NCBI GenBank assembly: GCA_045654585.1
Contig: JAZONS010000052.1
Location: forward strand, 15,735 to 79,734
Direction: 5' to 3'
From: Eubacteriales bacterium
GTDB lineage: Bacteria > Bacillota > Clostridia > Oscillospirales > CAG-272
Length of the DNA stretch: 64,000 nt
Every line of letters starts with the position of its first letter. The stretch's first letter is position 1. This document shows positions 18,559-28,394 of this stretch, one piece after another. The translations under genes and the position numbers were made by a program. The notes under the pieces were generated by a model, which saw only the letters and a list, made by a program, of their open reading frames with translations, was not told where the DNA came from and searched no databases.

Positions 18559-19437
18559 TTATGCCTGCTTCTTATAGATAATTACAAGATTCGAGTTGTA
18601 GTAGCAGTTAGTGAAGTCAACCTTTTCTTCTCTCTCTGCTGTGGGGCTCATACCTGCGATGATTCCATCGTATGTGCCTGCGTTGAGACCGGGGATAAGG
18701 CTATCCCATTCAACAGCGTGAACCTCAAGTGCCATACCGAGCTCTGCTGCGATATACTTTGCGATCTGAACGTCGTAGCCGTTAGCGTAGAGGGTGGAGC
18801 CATTGATCTTAACCGCGCCGTTAGCATCATTTGTCTGCGACCAGTTGAAGGGCTCGTAAGCGCACTCCATAGCGATCTTAAGAGTACCGTTTGCGGTTGA
18901 GGTCTTATCGGAAACGAGAACAAGCTCTTCGGTAAGTGCAGTTTCGGGATCGGAGCTCATCTTAACAACCTGCTCCATAAGAGCAGAACGTGTGTCGGAA
19001 GAAATAGCATCGATGATTGCATTAACGCTTGCAACGTAAGAGCTGCCTGTCTTGAAAGCAACTGCGATACCGGTATCCGCATCGGATGCGGTGAAGCCTG
19101 TGGTGTTATTCTTGAGAGGAATATAATCAAGACCTTCGTTCTGAGCGACAACGGAGAATGCGGTGGGCTCTTCTGCTACGTAACCGTCAATAGTACCTGC
19201 TTTAAGTGCAACGAGAAGCTGATCGAAATCGGCGAGCTCTTTAACGGTTACATCAGTGGTCTGAGACTCAAGAGCCTGAAGGTGGAAGGTACCGGTCTGA
19301 GCGGCGATTGTTGCGCCCTTAAGATCCGCGAGCTTAGTTGCGGTCGAGAGGTCAACTTTTTCCTGCTTGTTGTTGCAAGAAATGAGTGCTCCGCAGAGCA
19401 TAACAAGTGTGAGGACAAGTGCGATAATTCTTTTCAT
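18559..19437 (-). CDS. Amino acid ABC transporter substrate-binding lipoprotein
   Basis: Lipobox LISC. A periplasmic-binding-protein-like sequence encoded as the first gene of the operon. Confidence 0.8.
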   Translation of the reverse strand: MKRIIALVLTLVMLCGALISCNNKQEKVDLSTATKLADLKGATIAAQTGTFHLQALESQTTDVTVKELADFDQLLVALKAGTIDGYVAEEPTAFSVVAQNEGLDYIPLKNNTTGFTASDADTGIAVAFKTGSSYVASVNAIIDAISSDTRSALMEQVVKMSSDPETALTEELVLVSDKTSTANGTLKIAMECAYEPFNWSQTNDANGAVKINGSTLYANGYDVQIAKYIAAELGMALEVHAVEWDSLIPGLNAGTYDGIIAGMSPTAEREEKVDFTNCYYNSNLVIIYKKQA

Positions 19438-19487
19438 GGTTTCTCCTTTTGCCGTTTTCTTACGGCGTTTAAAAAATATTATTTAAA

Positions 19488-19734
19488 ACTAAAAAGGTCG
19501 AAGCAAGTGCTTCGACCTGATAAAAGCAAAAAATATATGCTTAACTATCAATCGAATATAGCACTCCACAGAACCCTGTGACAGTCGTACGGATATTCTC
19601 CGTGCGCCCAACAAAAAGTCTCTTAAACGACCTTTTATTTCGGCGGAAATACCTTTTACCAATCCTTTATGCGACGTTTAAGCGTCTTTGGAATGGCTAC
19701 TTTTTATTACCGCGCCTCTAATTCTTTGATTCGA
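19488..19734 (-). promoter_or_regulatory. Lysine riboswitch (L-box) with terminator
   Basis: The minus-strand leader contains AGAGGCGCGGTAA, GCCGAAA, CTGTCACAGGG and TGGAGTGCTA, with P1 tcgaat/attcga (19552-19734). A terminator hairpin at 19495-19518 is followed by a U-run. Confidence 0.75.
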
Positions 19735-19754
19735 CTATTCAGTTTTATGCAGCT

Positions 19755-19783
19755 ATTATAGCACCCGTTTTATGCATTGTCAA
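19755..19783 (-). promoter_or_regulatory. Consensus promoter of the riboswitch-ABC operon
   Basis: TTGACA, 17-nt spacer, TATAAT on the minus strand. Confidence 0.7.
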
Positions 19784-19858
19784 TACCTTTTTGAAATTTT
19801 TTTGAAATATTTTTCGAGGGTTACTGCAAATGCTTTGCGAAACGGGAAAATCGGTGCA

Positions 19859-20425
19859 TCAGAAGATTTTTTTGAGGATAGCGTCGATCTTTTCTATAAT
19901 CTCGTTCTCTGTCGTACGGTTATCCTTGAACGCTGAAATGAGCAGAGTTGCAATTCCGCCGTTGACAAAGCTCGAGAAGGTTGCCGCATCTGTAGGGAAG
20001 GATGCGCCCGCTTGAATCTCGTCCTCAAGGTGCCTTTCAAGTGATTCGTGCGTGCAGCTTGTTATAATATCGAACATAACGGGGAATGCGTTGCTGTTCA
20101 GAATATTCGAAAGTATCTCGGGGCGCGCGTTAAGGTAGGCAATTATTTCCTTAACAAATATAATAATATAATCGGTGGTTGAAGCCAACTTTGTGCGTGC
20201 GCTTACTTTTTTATCTATATTAGTAAGTATGATATTAACAAGATTCTTGAAAAAATCATATTTATCGTCAAAGTGCTTATAAAAAGTAGCGCGCCTTACC
20301 TCTGCCTTTTCGCAAAGGTCAAAAACGGTTATCTCGTCAAAGGAAACCCTTTTCATCATATCACCGAAGGCAACCGTAAGCTTATTATAGGTCTTAATTA
20401 TTCTTAAATCGATCTTTTTGTCCAT
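19859..20425 (-). CDS. TetR family transcriptional regulator
   Basis: N-terminal HTH ITVFDLCEKAEVRRATFYKHFDDKYDF. Length is 188 aa. Confidence 0.85.
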   Translation of the reverse strand: MDKKIDLRIIKTYNKLTVAFGDMMKRVSFDEITVFDLCEKAEVRRATFYKHFDDKYDFFKNLVNIILTNIDKKVSARTKLASTTDYIIIFVKEIIAYLNARPEILSNILNSNAFPVMFDIITSCTHESLERHLEDEIQAGASFPTDAATFSSFVNGGIATLLISAFKDNRTTENEIIEKIDAILKKIF

Positions 20426-20638
20426 TTTCTTTCCTTATAGAATTTCGTAATCAAAAGCATCTCTATAAATTTTAAATGATAAAAAGAAAAAAGTCAAGTG
20501 TCAATTAAAATTCTTTTGATTAAAAATTATTAAATACGCTTAAACGCGGTTAAGGTTAAATAAAAAACTGCCATCAAAGAAGCAAGGCTCGGAGAATCAG
20601 TCCGATGGAGCTTTATTAATGGCAGTTCAGGAGAGTAT

Positions 20639-23116
20639 TTATTTAGCCTTTCTTGATTTTGAGCAGGTAAAGTAGAATATCTGCCTCTTATCCGAAAGCT
20701 TTTTCATAACCGAAACGGCTCGGTCTATGTGCTTATCGTCAAATGCGATAAACGGATCGTCAAGAATGAGCGGTGGAAGCTCGTCCTCGTAAAGAGCGTC
20801 TATAAGTGAAAGGCGTACGGCAAGCGAGTGAAGATCGCGCGTTCCTCGGCTGTATGCTTCTGCTTGCCTTGTCTTTCCAAGATCGGTCTTGCTTACCGTG
20901 AACGAGGTATCCATAGTGAATTCACCGCATTCATCGTCAATAAGAGTAACGTATTTTTTGAAGCCCTGACGTGTCTTATCAAGATATTTTGCCGTCATAC
21001 TGTCCCTTGCGGCAGCAAGAATATCTTTAGCTTTGTTGATAACCCTGAGGTTGTCGAGATATACCTCGACGGTTTCGTTCTTTTCGTAAAGCTTCTCCTC
21101 GATCTCGTCGATTCTTTCGGTCTCGGCAAGCGCGGCGTTATAATCAAGAACGAGGCGGGATTTTTCTCGCTCGGCTGAAATAAGCTCCTCGTCGACCTCG
21201 GCTAACATTTCTTTGAAATTAAGCGATGTCGGAAGCTCGTCGGGCGCCGCTGAGGCTTCGCTTATTCCGTGAGATTCGGCAAAGCGCTTTGCGTCATCTC
21301 TGCGCCTTGATAGGGAAGAGCGCAAAACGTCAAATTCAGCAAGATTGCGTCTTATCTCTCCGATAGGATCGGGAGTTGATGTTTTAAATAAAGAAAGGAA
21401 GGAATTAACGTATTCGTGAAGCTTCTTAATCTTTTCTCTCTCGACTCCGCGCTCACCGTCGCGCTCGCGCTCGTATTCGAGAAGAAGCATATATCTCTGA
21501 TATTTTCTCGATATATCCGTTGTAGCTTCATCGAATGTAAGTGCATCGGTCCTTGGGAACTTCGAAAGGAAGTCCCTTATCTCTCTTTCCGTACGTGAAA
21601 TCGATGATTCAAGCAGAGCAATGCCTTCTTCGTTTGCGTCGGCTTCGGTTATAGCAGCATGGTAGCGGTCAAGCTCGGAGCGCATAGAAATGAGGAGTGA
21701 GAGTAGATTGGTATCCGCAATAGGACGGTTGTAAACTCTCATAATAAACTGCAGAGCGTCATTGTTCGCATCTGAAGCAGAGCGTGCGCGCTTAGGTATA
21801 AACAACGCGGAAATGCCAATAATTATTAGCAAAATTCCGGGAATTGCAGAGGCATAGTAAGCAACCTGGGATATTCCCTTACCGAGAGTGAGTCCGAATG
21901 CAAGAAGTAATGCTCCTATTATTGCAAGCAATGCGCCAATGCCGCGATAGGATCTGTTTTTCGTTGATGCAGAGCCTATAGCCATTGTGTGTGTGTCGAT
22001 TTCCGCATACGTAGGCTCTTGTGCGAAAGGAGATTTTACCGCCTTTGATACTTCTTTTTTTGAGAAGAGGAGGTTTTTATCTTCTGTGAGTCTGTGCGCC
22101 TTTGTGCTCATCGCCTGGCACTCCTCGGCGCTTGTTCCCGCGGCAAAGAATGCGGATAACTCTGCCAGTTCTCTGTTTTCGGAAATAGAAGCAAGATTTC
22201 TTTCTATTCTCCGAAGCTCGGAATAGCTTTCTGCAACCGAGGCTATCTCGGCATTTGTCGGTATCCTTTTTTCAAAGAACGAGATGAGCTCTGCCTCGCG
22301 CCCTTCGTCTATTCTGAGCGCTCCGAGCATCTCGGAATACTGCACCTCGTAGCCGCGCTTCTCCCGCGCAAGCATTTCACGGCGCTCATCCTCGAGTATT
22401 TTTTGCTTTTTGAGTTTAATTTCGGTAATTTTCTCTGAAATTTTCGCGGTTTCTTCCGCAACAGAGGCAAGACTCTCTTTTTTTGCTCTGAGTCTTGCGA
22501 TCTCATCTTCGAGCTCGCTTATATCACGTCTTGCATCGGCAATCTCTCCCGCGCCGCCTTTTTTCTGGTAGAAGCGTCGTCTGTCCTCAAGGAGCTTTAT
22601 AGCCTCGTCAAAGCCGGCGATATCACCCTCTGTTCCAACGAGGTTTGAGAGCTTTGCGGAGATCGTCGGGTTTGTGTTCTTTCCGGAAAGGTTCTTCTCG
22701 GAGAGAAATACTGTTCTTTCAAATCCGTCCGAGTCAATACCGAAAAGCGATTCTCCGAGTGGCTCTTCAAAATCGGAGCACACCGTACCCGTGTCAAGAT
22801 CGTAAAGGGTAAACGTATCGTCGGATGACTTAGCGCCGAAGCTTCTTTCAACTCTGTAATTCTTATCTCCTATACTGAATGAAAGCCAGCCGCCGAATGC
22901 GCCACCCTGCCAGGGCGTGTACTTCTTTCTGTCGTTCTCGTCAAGACTATGTCGTCTTGTTTCATCAAATCCGTAAAGCATGGTTTTAATGAACACGGTA
23001 AGTGTCGTTTTTCCAAATCCGTTGTCCTCGACGAAGTGATTTAAACCGTCGGAGAAGCTTTTATGATATTTTGAGAGCTTACCGAAGTTTTCAATATATA
23101 ATTCTCTTATTATCAT
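20639..23116 (-). CDS. SbcC/YhaN-like SMC-type ATPase with central transmembrane hairpin
   Basis: N-terminal MIIRELYIENFGKL...GFGKTT (Walker A), long coiled-coil segments, two hydrophobic helices (GALLAIIGALLLAFGL, AIPGILLIIIGISALFI), and C-terminal LILDDPF (Walker B). Confidence 0.75.
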   Translation of the reverse strand: MIIRELYIENFGKLSKYHKSFSDGLNHFVEDNGFGKTTLTVFIKTMLYGFDETRRHSLDENDRKKYTPWQGGAFGGWLSFSIGDKNYRVERSFGAKSSDDTFTLYDLDTGTVCSDFEEPLGESLFGIDSDGFERTVFLSEKNLSGKNTNPTISAKLSNLVGTEGDIAGFDEAIKLLEDRRRFYQKKGGAGEIADARRDISELEDEIARLRAKKESLASVAEETAKISEKITEIKLKKQKILEDERREMLAREKRGYEVQYSEMLGALRIDEGREAELISFFEKRIPTNAEIASVAESYSELRRIERNLASISENRELAELSAFFAAGTSAEECQAMSTKAHRLTEDKNLLFSKKEVSKAVKSPFAQEPTYAEIDTHTMAIGSASTKNRSYRGIGALLAIIGALLLAFGLTLGKGISQVAYYASAIPGILLIIIGISALFIPKRARSASDANNDALQFIMRVYNRPIADTNLLSLLISMRSELDRYHAAITEADANEEGIALLESSISRTEREIRDFLSKFPRTDALTFDEATTDISRKYQRYMLLLEYERERDGERGVEREKIKKLHEYVNSFLSLFKTSTPDPIGEIRRNLAEFDVLRSSLSRRRDDAKRFAESHGISEASAAPDELPTSLNFKEMLAEVDEELISAEREKSRLVLDYNAALAETERIDEIEEKLYEKNETVEVYLDNLRVINKAKDILAAARDSMTAKYLDKTRQGFKKYVTLIDDECGEFTMDTSFTVSKTDLGKTRQAEAYSRGTRDLHSLAVRLSLIDALYEDELPPLILDDPFIAFDDKHIDRAVSVMKKLSDKRQIFYFTCSKSRKAK

Positions 23117-23131
23117 ATCTTCGCATCCTCC

Positions 23132-24202
23132 TTATTCGTCGAACGCCTCGCCCGCAAGAGCTGAGAGTCCGCAGTGTATGATCTTTTCCTTTTCCTCGTC
23201 GGAGAGAGTTTCGTCAGCAAGGCAGAGTCTTATAAACTCACCCTTGAGCGATTTATCAAATCTGTAATCCTCCGCTCGCGTGAGGAGCTTTGAGGAATCC
23301 TTTATTTCGAAGTAATAAAACCTTTCCGAAAATCTATCAGTAAGGAACGCCTTATCGCATCTTAGCTCAAGCTCACGTTCACCGATAAAGTTAACACGGA
23401 TAAGGTGCTCCGAGCCGATCTCGGTGGTAGCTTCGGAGATCTTGCGCTCAACGTCCGTCGTTCTCAGAGCCCCCGTGATATCAACGTCGGTTATGTAAAG
23501 CTTTCTTTTTGCGAAGGGAACAAATCTGTGTCTGACACCGCCCTCATCGCAAGAAATAAGTGAGAAGCCCATCTCACCCACCTCGTCAAAGCCGCGTCCC
23601 TCGGGGGTTCCGGAGTAGACGGCAACGCCGCGTCGGTCTATCGGCGTTTTTCCGTAGGTGTGATAATGACCGAGTGCCATGTAGTCGATATTTTTATCTG
23701 CCGCATCGGTAAGTCCTATCACGCCGTTTTCGGCAGATCTATCTCTTAGCTCTCCGTGCAGAACGACGATGTTTTTGTCGTAGGGAGAAAGCTTCAGCGT
23801 ATCAAACATATCTGCTGCCGTTTCGCTTCTTCCGACAACGGTGATATCACCGAGCTTATAGTATGTCCAATCCTTATCGAAAAAGATTAGATTTTTCGGC
23901 AACTGCTCTCCGGATGCTGCAAGCGCATCACGCTCGTGATTTCCCGGCAGATAGAAGAAGGTCATGGTTTCGGCTCTCTCAATTATTGCGAGAAGCGAGT
24001 CGAGCTCACGGCGCGTTATCTTTTCCGTATCGAAAAGGTCACCTGCGATTATCATAGCGGATGCGCCCATATTCATTCCCTCGCTGCACATACGAAGAAA
24101 ACTCTGCGTAAGCTCGCGCCTTCTTGATGCAACCTTCGACGAGGGGAGTCTTGATGTGAGCTTTGATGCGAGATGTATATCCGAGGTGTGTATAATTTTC
24201 AT
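23132..24202 (-). CDS. SbcD/YhaO-like metallophosphoesterase (DNA repair exonuclease)
   Basis: Calcineurin-fold nuclease motifs MKIIHTSDIHL, AGDLFD, PGNHE and LHGEL. Confidence 0.8.
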   Translation of the reverse strand: MKIIHTSDIHLASKLTSRLPSSKVASRRRELTQSFLRMCSEGMNMGASAMIIAGDLFDTEKITRRELDSLLAIIERAETMTFFYLPGNHERDALAASGEQLPKNLIFFDKDWTYYKLGDITVVGRSETAADMFDTLKLSPYDKNIVVLHGELRDRSAENGVIGLTDAADKNIDYMALGHYHTYGKTPIDRRGVAVYSGTPEGRGFDEVGEMGFSLISCDEGGVRHRFVPFAKRKLYITDVDITGALRTTDVERKISEATTEIGSEHLIRVNFIGERELELRCDKAFLTDRFSERFYYFEIKDSSKLLTRAEDYRFDKSLKGEFIRLCLADETLSDEEKEKIIHCGLSALAGEAFDE

Positions 24203-25020
24203 CGTTTTTCGTCCCTTCTGTATTCCGTCGGTGTGATTTTGTATTTTGCTGAAAATACCTTAGAGAAGTATGATTGGTCGGAGAATCCGCACTCGAGCGC
24301 AACCTCGTTTATTGTGGTATTTTCGTTTTCGAGCATTTTCTTTGCGCGCTCAAGTCGCATATTCGTAAGATATGAATTGATGGTAGTTGAAAATTCTTTT
24401 TTGAATGAGGAAAGAACGGTCGATTTTGAATAACCTATCGCATCGCAGATATCCTTGATACTTATCCTGTCAGTATAATTTTCACTTATGTATCGCATAG
24501 CCAGCTGACCGATCGTAGCTTTTGAGCCGGTTACGGCATTGGAAAGAGTCAGATAGCTTGCGCAGATCGTCATAATCTTAACGTAGGATTCTATCATATT
24601 ATGTTTAACGGAGGGGATAGCGGCAGAGATCTCTCTTGCCTCGAAATCCACCTTGCCTAATTTCGCAAGAGCGAGAAGCATCGGGTCAATTCCTTCGCCC
24701 TCTACTCTGACTTGCCCCATCATCAAAAATCCCGTGAGTGCCCCGAAATTATACAATGGACTTACCGCTTCAACCAGATTGTGGTGGCACTTGTATATAA
24801 TAGGCTTGCCCGTTTCAAGCACCTGCTCGCACGCGCGCCTGTCGCAGGTGCGGCAAAGCTCGTACTCACGAGAGCTTGCGTTATGTAAGAAGCTGCAAAA
24901 CTCGAGCTTTTTTTCAGGGTACGCCGCTATCTCTTCAAAATTGGTATTGTGAAGTGATACGCGGAAGCCGGAAATGTTGTAAAGCTCTTTTAGGGTAGAG
25001 GTTATTTTTTCTTTATTCAT
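24199..25020 (-). CDS. AraC family regulator with PocR-like sensory N-terminal domain
   Basis: The likely start MNKEKITSTLKELYNISGF follows GGAG. It has a Cys-containing PocR-like region (FCSFLHN...CRTCDRRACE) and a C-terminal AraC HTH. Confidence 0.7.
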   Translation of the reverse strand: MNKEKITSTLKELYNISGFRVSLHNTNFEEIAAYPEKKLEFCSFLHNASSREYELCRTCDRRACEQVLETGKPIIYKCHHNLVEAVSPLYNFGALTGFLMMGQVRVEGEGIDPMLLALAKLGKVDFEAREISAAIPSVKHNMIESYVKIMTICASYLTLSNAVTGSKATIGQLAMRYISENYTDRISIKDICDAIGYSKSTVLSSFKKEFSTTINSYLTNMRLERAKKMLENENTTINEVALECGFSDQSYFSKVFSAKYKITPTEYRRDEKR

Positions 25021-25208
25021 AAAAATCTCCGTTTGTTTTACGAATCGGGAATTTATCTCGGGATACCGTAAATTCAAGCTTGATTTGTAAAAATGTTCAG
25101 CAAAATGTACTATTCTACAAAACATTATACTATTTTCCCTTGCAATTGTCAATATAATATTTTAAAATAATATTATAACTTATCAACCAAAGCCGGAAAG
25201 AGAAAAAT

Positions 25209-27272
25209 ATGAAATACTGTATAGGTGTTGACCTTGGCGGAACTACCGTTAAGGTTGGTTTTGTGAATATAGAAAATGCCGAAATATTGGTATCGGGGTC
25301 GATACCGACAAGGGCGCCGCGCGAGGCGGAGAGTGTTGCCGTCGATATCGTTAAGCTGATACGTCAACTTGCGTCGGAGTCCGGATACGCCATGGAGGGA
25401 GCGCTATGGATAGGCGTTGCAACAGCGGGTATCGTAAAGAACGGCACCGTTCTTGCGGCAACCAATCTCGGTTGGAATAACGTACCGCTCTCAATGCTCC
25501 TCTCGAGGATGACGGGTATGCAGGTATACCTTGCCAACGATGCAAACGCCGCGGCATACGCAGAGGCGCTCTTCGGAGTAGGCGAGGGAAAATCGACTCT
25601 CGTTGCGCTCACCCTCGGTACGGGGGTCGGCGGAGGAATCGTTATAAACGGCAAGATATTTGACGGATTTAACGGCTTTGCGGCAGAGATGGGGCATATG
25701 ATAATCAATTCGAGCGGCAGAGAATGCGGCTGCGGAAAGCGCGGCTGCCTTGAAGCTTATGCTTCCGCAACGGCGCTTGTTAAGGAGAGCCGCCGAGTGA
25801 TGAACCTTTATCCCGACAGTAAGATGTGGGAGCTTGTCGGTCACGATGCGGATAAGGTTACAGCGAAAACGCCCTTTGACGCGGCAGGCTTAGGTGATTA
25901 CGCCGCCCTTTCGGTAATAGACGATTTTATAAATAATCTTGCTTACGGTGTTTCAAATGTCATAAATCTCTTCCAGCCCTCCGTGCTGTGTATCGGCGGC
26001 GGAATATCCGCGCAGGGAGATGCGCTTATGATACCTCTCAGAGATAGGGTATCGAGGCTTTCTTTTGGCAGAAAGAACATAAGAACGAAAGTAGCAGCCG
26101 CAAGATTCAAAAACGATGCGGGCATCATAGGAGCATCAATGCTCGGTCTGCAGGAAAAGGATAAAGAGAATATGAGTATTGCGGAAAAGATTTCCGAAAA
26201 CTTTAAAACAGAGGGCGAGGTTATATCTTCCGTGCCGTACGGAAACGGGCATATAAACGATACCTTCCTCATAACAACACGTGTTAACGGCGGAGAGAAG
26301 CAATACGTCCTGCAGAGAATAAACAAAAACGTATTTAAGAATCCCGACCTTCTTATGAAGAACTTTGCTCTCGTTACGGAGCATCTTGCAAAGAAGATAA
26401 AGGCGGCGGGCGGTAATCCCAAAAGAGAAACTCTCACCATTATCAAGACCTTTGACGGATTGGATTATTACGAGAGTCCCGAGGGAGATTTCTGGAGAAT
26501 GCTCGTATTCGTCACGGGCAGTAAGTGCTACGATAAGGTAGAGGCTCCCTCCCAGTTCTACGAGAGCGCCGTTGCCTTCGGTAATTTCCAGCGTTTGCTC
26601 GAGGATTTCCCTGCGGAAACACTTGTTGAAACCATACCTAACTTCCATAACACGCCCGATAGATTTAAAAATCTTATGGCGGAGGTTGAGCGCGATAGCT
26701 TCGGCAGACTTTCGGAGGTTATGGCAGAGGTCGAGTTTGCTCGAGCAAGAGAGGAGTTCGCAGGCACTCTTGAAAGAGAGCACGCCGCAGGCAGACTTCC
26801 CTTAAGAGTTACGCATAACGATACGAAGCTTAATAACATTCTCTTTGACGAGCAGACCGATAAACCCGTATGCGTGGTAGATCTTGACACGATTATGCCG
26901 GGCTATTCCGTCAACGATTTCGGTGACTCGATACGCTTTGGCGCATCGACTGCTGCAGAGGATGAAAGAGATCTTTCCCTCGTTAATTTTGATATTGGGC
27001 TCTACGAGCTTTACGTAAAGGGCTTCATCGAGGGTACGGGGCATTGCCTTACCGAGGGAGAATTGAAAATGCTTCCCATCGGCGCTATTATGATGACGTT
27101 TGAATGCGGAATGCGCTTCCTTACCGACTATCTTGCAGGTGATACTTACTTCAAGACCAGTCGCCCGAAGCAGAATCTCGATAGATGCAGAACGCAGTTC
27201 AAGCTTGTTTCCGATATGGAAGCAAATCTCGATAAAATGTACGAAATTGTAAACAAATACGCTCAAAAATAA
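25209..27272 (+). CDS. Fusion protein: ROK family sugar kinase + N-acetylhexosamine 1-kinase (NahK/APH-fold)
   Basis: The N-terminal half has ROK motifs (GVDLGGTTVK, CGCGKRGCLE). The C-terminal half has YGNGHINDTFLI...QRINKNVF...HNDTKLNNILFD...VDLDT, like Bifidobacterium NahK. Confidence 0.75.
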   Translation: MKYCIGVDLGGTTVKVGFVNIENAEILVSGSIPTRAPREAESVAVDIVKLIRQLASESGYAMEGALWIGVATAGIVKNGTVLAATNLGWNNVPLSMLLSRMTGMQVYLANDANAAAYAEALFGVGEGKSTLVALTLGTGVGGGIVINGKIFDGFNGFAAEMGHMIINSSGRECGCGKRGCLEAYASATALVKESRRVMNLYPDSKMWELVGHDADKVTAKTPFDAAGLGDYAALSVIDDFINNLAYGVSNVINLFQPSVLCIGGGISAQGDALMIPLRDRVSRLSFGRKNIRTKVAAARFKNDAGIIGASMLGLQEKDKENMSIAEKISENFKTEGEVISSVPYGNGHINDTFLITTRVNGGEKQYVLQRINKNVFKNPDLLMKNFALVTEHLAKKIKAAGGNPKRETLTIIKTFDGLDYYESPEGDFWRMLVFVTGSKCYDKVEAPSQFYESAVAFGNFQRLLEDFPAETLVETIPNFHNTPDRFKNLMAEVERDSFGRLSEVMAEVEFARAREEFAGTLEREHAAGRLPLRVTHNDTKLNNILFDEQTDKPVCVVDLDTIMPGYSVNDFGDSIRFGASTAAEDERDLSLVNFDIGLYELYVKGFIEGTGHCLTEGELKMLPIGAIMMTFECGMRFLTDYLAGDTYFKTSRPKQNLDRCRTQFKLVSDMEANLDKMYEIVNKYAQK

Positions 27273-27292
27273 GTAAAAAAGAGGTAACGCTA

Positions 27293-28051
27293 ATGAAAAT
27301 CTTTTATTCTAAGACTAAAGAAGAAGCAGGAAAGAAAGCCGCGATGAGTTTTGCGGATGTACTTAAAAACAAACCCGATGCTGTTCTCGGACTTGCAACG
27401 GGATCATCTCCCGAGCCTATGTATCTTTCGCTTGCGGAAATGTATAACGCGGGCGAGGTATCATTTGCGAAGGCGCGCAGCGTAAACCTTGACGAATACG
27501 TGGGACTCTCTGCCGATCACGATCAGAGCTACGCCTATTTTATGAGAAAGCACCTCTTTGATAAGGTGGATATTGACCTCGCAAATACTAATCTGCCGAA
27601 CGGTCTTGCTACCGACTATGCTGCAGAGTGCGCCCGCTACGATGCGCTCTTCGATTCCTTCGGCGCAACCGACCTTCAGATACTCGGTATCGGACTTAAC
27701 GGCCATATCGGCTTCAACGAGCCCGCCGATGAATTCACTAAGGGCACGAACGCGGTAAAGCTTACCGAGTCCACCGTTAAGGCAAACTCGAGATTCTTTG
27801 CATCCGAGAGTGACGTTCCCACTATGGCGTTCTCTATGGGTATCGGTCAGATAATGCGCGCAAAGAAGATAATCCTTCTCGCAAACGGCAAGGCTAAAGC
27901 GGATATCCTCGAGGCGGCTCTTTTCGGAAAGGTAACTCCTACCGTCCCCGCATCTATCCTTCAGTTTGCCGCTGACGTTGAGGTATACGCAGACGAGGAC
28001 GCGCTTTCGGTTATCATCGAAAAGCACGGCAAGGACGCTGTTATATACTGA
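27293..28051 (+). CDS. nagB: Glucosamine-6-phosphate deaminase
   Basis: LGLATGSSP, GIGLNGHIGFNEP. Length is 252 aa. Confidence 0.9.
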   Translation: MKIFYSKTKEEAGKKAAMSFADVLKNKPDAVLGLATGSSPEPMYLSLAEMYNAGEVSFAKARSVNLDEYVGLSADHDQSYAYFMRKHLFDKVDIDLANTNLPNGLATDYAAECARYDALFDSFGATDLQILGIGLNGHIGFNEPADEFTKGTNAVKLTESTVKANSRFFASESDVPTMAFSMGIGQIMRAKKIILLANGKAKADILEAALFGKVTPTVPASILQFAADVEVYADEDALSVIIEKHGKDAVIY

Positions 28052-28160
28052 AATTAAGACTGCTTTCATCTTTGAACATGAAAATGAGGTTTTATTGAAC
28101 AAAAATACCTCTTTGTGTTTAGTATTTATGACGAAATATAGCAGTAAAGGATAGTTTTCA

Positions 28161-28189
28161 TTGACAAGTCTTTCGTTATATAGTAAAAT
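28161..28189 (+). promoter_or_regulatory. Promoter preceding a ~200-nt structured leader
   Basis: TTGACA, 17-nt spacer, TAAAAT. Confidence 0.55.
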
Positions 28190-28394
28190 AAAAGTGTAAG
28201 TACGTATACGTGTTTTTGACATTGCGGTAGATTTGATACGTACAGACTTAAAGTTGCTTTCAGCCGACGGAGCTTGCTTAATTATAAACTGCATCGGTGA
28301 ACATTTTAATAGAATCAAAAAGCGCATAAGACCGTCGGTATTGTACCGCCCATCTTATGCGTTTTTATATTTTGAATAAAAGAGGTAAACGGAT

